Below are positions 34,080 to 36,658 of a stretch of 36,658 nt of DNA, piece after piece. This stretch comes from a virus (taxonomy: Duplodnaviria > Caudoviricetes). Within the stretch, counting starts at the first letter, position 1, and the number at the start of each line of letters is the position of its first letter. The translations under genes were made by a program, and so were the position numbers. The notes beneath the pieces are model-generated. The model saw only the letters and a list, made by a program, of their open reading frames with translations, did no database searches and was not told the DNA's origin. Location of the stretch: the IMG/VR virus record IMGVR_UViG_3300038674_000239, positions 1 through 36,658 of that record, one strand, 5' to 3'.

Positions 34080-34577
34080 TCAACTTTCTGCTATATTACT
34101 TATTGGAAATACTATTGCGACTCCACTCCCGGGGCGGATCTCTCCGCTTCTCCCCTCCCTCGGGAGGGGTCGGGGGTGGGCTTTCAAACCTCCCTTGCGC
34201 TTGATGGCCCGCAGCTTCACGGCGAGGTCTTCGAGTTCCTCGGTGTCTATGTTCCTGAAGGGCTTTCCGGCAAGACGCGGGTTTCGGCAGAAGTCATCCA
34301 CCCGTGTCCAGTCCGTGGTATCTACACCGAGCTGCTGCATCAGCTTCAGGCACACGCTCCGCCTCCGCCTGAGTTCCTTCCGGACGGCCTCCATGCGCTC
34401 ATCGTAGCCAGCCACACGCTCCATGTCGTTGCACATCGTGTCATACTCCCGGAGGGTGGTTTCGTGCAGGTGCGTAGTCCGGCCGTTGGTGTACTGATAT
34501 ACCAGCGTTTCCTTGTCTGCGCCCGGCAGCCGCTTTAATAAAGCGTAGAAACGCGCGTAGTTCCTCTCCGCTCCCAT
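34080..34577 (-). CDS. Hypothetical early protein, possibly Mu GemA/gp16-like
   Basis: 165 aa; YTNGRTTHLHETTLREY and ELEDLAVKLRAIKRK segments and position near gam. Confidence 0.5.
   Translation of the reverse strand: MGAERNYARFYALLKRLPGADKETLVYQYTNGRTTHLHETTLREYDTMCNDMERVAGYDERMEAVRKELRRRRSVCLKLMQQLGVDTTDWTRVDDFCRNPRLAGKPFRNIDTEELEDLAVKLRAIKRKGGLKAHPRPLPREGRSGEIRPGSGVAIVFPISNIAES
34150..34180 (+). repeat. REP-like palindromic element CTCCCCTCCCTCGGGAGGGGTCGGGGGTGGG within a CDS
   Basis: CCCCTCCC/GGGAGGGG palindrome (34152-34169) plus a G-rich tail, resembling a Prevotella-type dispersed repeat. Confidence 0.55.
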
Positions 34578-34840
34578 AGTTTTTCCTCCTTCCAGTCTTT
34601 GTAGTTCTGCCTGGCGTGGGCCACCGCCTCAGGCAACGTCTCGTTCAGGTCGCACACCGCAAGCAGCGGCACGCCGTTCATGCTGACATACAGGTCGCCG
34701 TTGTATTCCATCACCTGCACGCGTTCGCGCGCCTCGGCGTCAAGCTGTGCCTGACGCTCTGCCTCGATGCGTTCTGCACGATGCTCGTGCCACACCTGTA
34801 ATCGCTTCTTGATCTCGTCTAAAAAGTTGCTCATAGTCAT
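34535..34840 (-). CDS. Hypothetical protein
   Basis: 101-aa ORF in operon order, overlapping its neighbours. Confidence 0.7.
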   Translation of the reverse strand: MTMSNFLDEIKKRLQVWHEHRAERIEAERQAQLDAEARERVQVMEYNGDLYVSMNGVPLLAVCDLNETLPEAVAHARQNYKDWKEEKLWERRGTTRVSTLY

Positions 34841-35160
34841 TATGAATTAAAAAAATAAGTTTGTACCACGTTCTTGTTGCGCTTGACATGAAGCACCGTC
34901 TTTCCTTCTTCTTGGACCAGGGCACTTTTTATCTCACTCCTTATAGTGACGTCCCGACGGTTGTACAGCTCCAAGATAATCGAGTCCACGAAGTCCTGCA
35001 ACAGATGCCACTCTTCCCGAGTGTCTTCCATGCCACGAAGCTCGTACACCTGGCTGATAGCCAACTGCAGTTTCAGCAGCCACAAGGGCTTGTCGTTCGG
35101 CATCAACGAATAATATTTCAACTGTCCCATATCTCTTGATGTGTTTTTGTGGATCGCCAT
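34840..35160 (-). CDS. Hypothetical protein
   Basis: 106-aa ORF with a 1-bp stop/start overlap with the next gene. Confidence 0.65.
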   Translation of the reverse strand: MAIHKNTSRDMGQLKYYSLMPNDKPLWLLKLQLAISQVYELRGMEDTREEWHLLQDFVDSIILELYNRRDVTIRSEIKSALVQEEGKTVLHVKRNKNVVQTYFFNS

Positions 35161-35183
35161 AGCATGGCGGTCATGCTATCACT

Positions 35184-35414
35184 TCATTTCCCAGCACTCC
35201 ACTCGACGGTCACCACGGCGTCGAGCCTGCCGCTGCCCTTGCATATCGGGCACTCCTGCTTGTAGCGTTCCTGCCACTCGTCCTCCTGCCAGTGGTAGCC
35301 GTTGCCTTGGCAGTAGGGGCACGTGTGCCCCCGGCTCTCCATGCGCTCCGTCATACGCCCGCCCGGGCTTATCTGTCCCGGCGTAATCTCAATCATTCGT
35401 CTTTCCTTGCTCAT
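35184..35414 (-). CDS. Small zinc-ribbon protein (CxxCxGxG x2)
   Basis: CPYCQGNG and CPICKGSG. Confidence 0.7.
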   Translation of the reverse strand: MSKERRMIEITPGQISPGGRMTERMESRGHTCPYCQGNGYHWQEDEWQERYKQECPICKGSGRLDAVVTVEWSAGK

Positions 35415-35418
35415 TGAA

Positions 35419-36042
35419 TTACACTTTATTTGATGTCCTTAAAATACCTTCTTCCCAAACCACGTAGCTGTTACCCGCATCGGGATTGAAGCGCCCCTGG
35501 CAGTATGCCCTGAACCCCACGACCCGCACTTTCACACCCGCCTTGTAGCGGAGCCGGAGCGCAGGCTTGCCCAGTGGCTCTCCCTTAGCTTCCATGCTGA
35601 TGAAGATGAAACTCTTTCTTGGAAAAGCCTCTATCAGCTTCTTCGTCTCCGGCCATTCCCAGCCGCTCTCCTGGTAGCTGTCCACGATGATGAACTTCGC
35701 CGAGTGCCGCTTCTTCAGCCTTGCCGTCAGGTCTTCTATCGTATCCTCAGTTACCACACGAAACCAGCCCTGGCACTTCTCCATCTCGAAGAGTTTTATC
35801 CTATCCTGGAAACTTTGGCTCACGCCCTCCTCATAGCTTAGGTAGAGTACCTGCCCGTAATGGGTCAGCTCACGCGCCAGCTGCATCACGAAACTGCTCT
35901 TGCCGGCTGTGCTCGAGCCGCTGATGAACCAGGTGGAGTTCTCCTCGGGCAGGCCGAAGCACTCTGCCCAACGACCACCCCACGGCAGCGTCTTGTAGGT
36001 CTTCTCCGCAATCTCCTTCGGACTGTACGCTCGCTTTGCCAT
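35419..36042 (-). CDS. RecA/RadA-like P-loop ATPase
   Basis: Walker A GSSTAGKS, VLYLSYEEG and Walker B FIIVDS. Confidence 0.8.
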   Translation of the reverse strand: MAKRAYSPKEIAEKTYKTLPWGGRWAECFGLPEENSTWFISGSSTAGKSSFVMQLARELTHYGQVLYLSYEEGVSQSFQDRIKLFEMEKCQGWFRVVTEDTIEDLTARLKKRHSAKFIIVDSYQESGWEWPETKKLIEAFPRKSFIFISMEAKGEPLGKPALRLRYKAGVKVRVVGFRAYCQGRFNPDAGNSYVVWEEGILRTSNKV

Positions 36043-36658
36043 TATACCCCTTTCTTCAGTTTCTCAATTTCCGTATATACTCGCCTCAATCCGCCACCGC
36101 TCTTGCGCACGATCTGGCCGATGTCCATGCCCTTAGGGGCGTTCACCGTCGCCACCACGCGGGCCTGCTCCAGCAGGAATGTCTTGCGGTCTTCCGCCTG
36201 GTCGGGCGTAACCTTGCTGTACTTGCCGCCATACCGTGAGAATATCTCGGCATAGCCCACCTTCTGGCACTCCACCATGCGGTCTATCTTCGCACGCAGG
36301 CCGTCAGCTCCCATCATGTACCAGCCACAGCACATTTCCGTGGCGTTCCACAGGGCTTTCAACTCAAGGAAGGCTTCGTACTGCAGGTCGCCTGCCTCGT
36401 CAAGCACCACCAGCGGGCGTTCCATCGAGCGCAGGTAATACACCAGGTCTTCGTAGGTGTCCTGGTACTTGCCTGTTGCGCCCACGCCGAACTCCTTGGC
36501 GATCTTCTTCACCAGGGCACGCTTCGTCTTTACCTGCGAGCAGTCCACATACACGGCGTTCCGGTGCTCATGCACGTACCAGCGTGCGGTGAAGGTCTTG
36601 CCGATGTTTGGCAGATCGCACAGTATCACGCTCAGGCTGCGCTCCTGGCACGCTTCCA
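36042..36658 (-). CDS. MuB-like transposition AAA+ ATPase (5' end outside the window)
   Basis: Walker A variant CDLPNIGKT, Walker B LVVLDEAG and C-terminal GGLRR; the frame is open to the window edge. Confidence 0.85.
   Translation of the reverse strand, partial: EACQERSLSVILCDLPNIGKTFTARWYVHEHRNAVYVDCSQVKTKRALVKKIAKEFGVGATGKYQDTYEDLVYYLRSMERPLVVLDEAGDLQYEAFLELKALWNATEMCCGWYMMGADGLRAKIDRMVECQKVGYAEIFSRYGGKYSKVTPDQAEDRKTFLLEQARVVATVNAPKGMDIGQIVRKSGGGLRRVYTEIEKLKKGV

Larger units (their letters stand above)
6..36658. mobile_element. Mu-like transposable (pro)phage of a Bacteroidota host, carrying a DGR; continues beyond the right edge, with transposase and repressor not in the window
   Basis: MuB-like ATPase, Gam, DUF935-type portal, MuF, gp36-like and virion morphogenesis genes, a full head/tail/lysis set and end-type direct repeats at 65-122. 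The left boundary at TG (6-7) is inferred. Confidence 0.9.

Overview
Most of a Mu-like (transposable) temperate siphophage or prophage of a Bacteroidota host. The host is probably Prevotellaceae-like, inferred from TAnnTTTG promoters, the high GC content and a Prevotella-type palindromic repeat. Reading from the right edge, the minus strand carries an early module (MuB-like ATPase cut by the window edge, a second ATPase, Gam, small Zn-ribbon and HTH genes) and two head/tail completion genes. A plus-strand block follows with terS, terL, gp36-like, portal, MuF with a C-terminal nuclease-like domain, and a 1290-aa fibre-like protein. A divergent minus-strand late operon then runs through protease/scaffold, capsid, lysis genes, tail tube, frameshifted tail chaperone, tape measure and tail proteins to a 2316-aa fibre. 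That fibre is the target of a diversity-generating retroelement (DGR): VR 4261-4380, TR 3927-4046 (13 differences, all at TR adenines) and RT 2421-3722. The left end holds DUF4376, PLA2-like and Mor-like genes, a truncated adenine methyltransferase, a thymidylate-synthase homologue with a dCMP-type Asp, and three tandem transposase-binding-like repeats. The most notable signals are: (1) a DGR with no avd whose RT carries an extra C-terminal domain and whose TR has its own promoter; (2) a -1 frameshift signal that would fuse portal to the MuF-nuclease protein, next to an antisense small RNA with its own promoter and terminator; (3) a CotH-kinase-like domain inside the DGR target; (4) a possible cytosine-modification gene at the position of Mu mom. 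All family calls come from reading motifs by eye, not from database searches.
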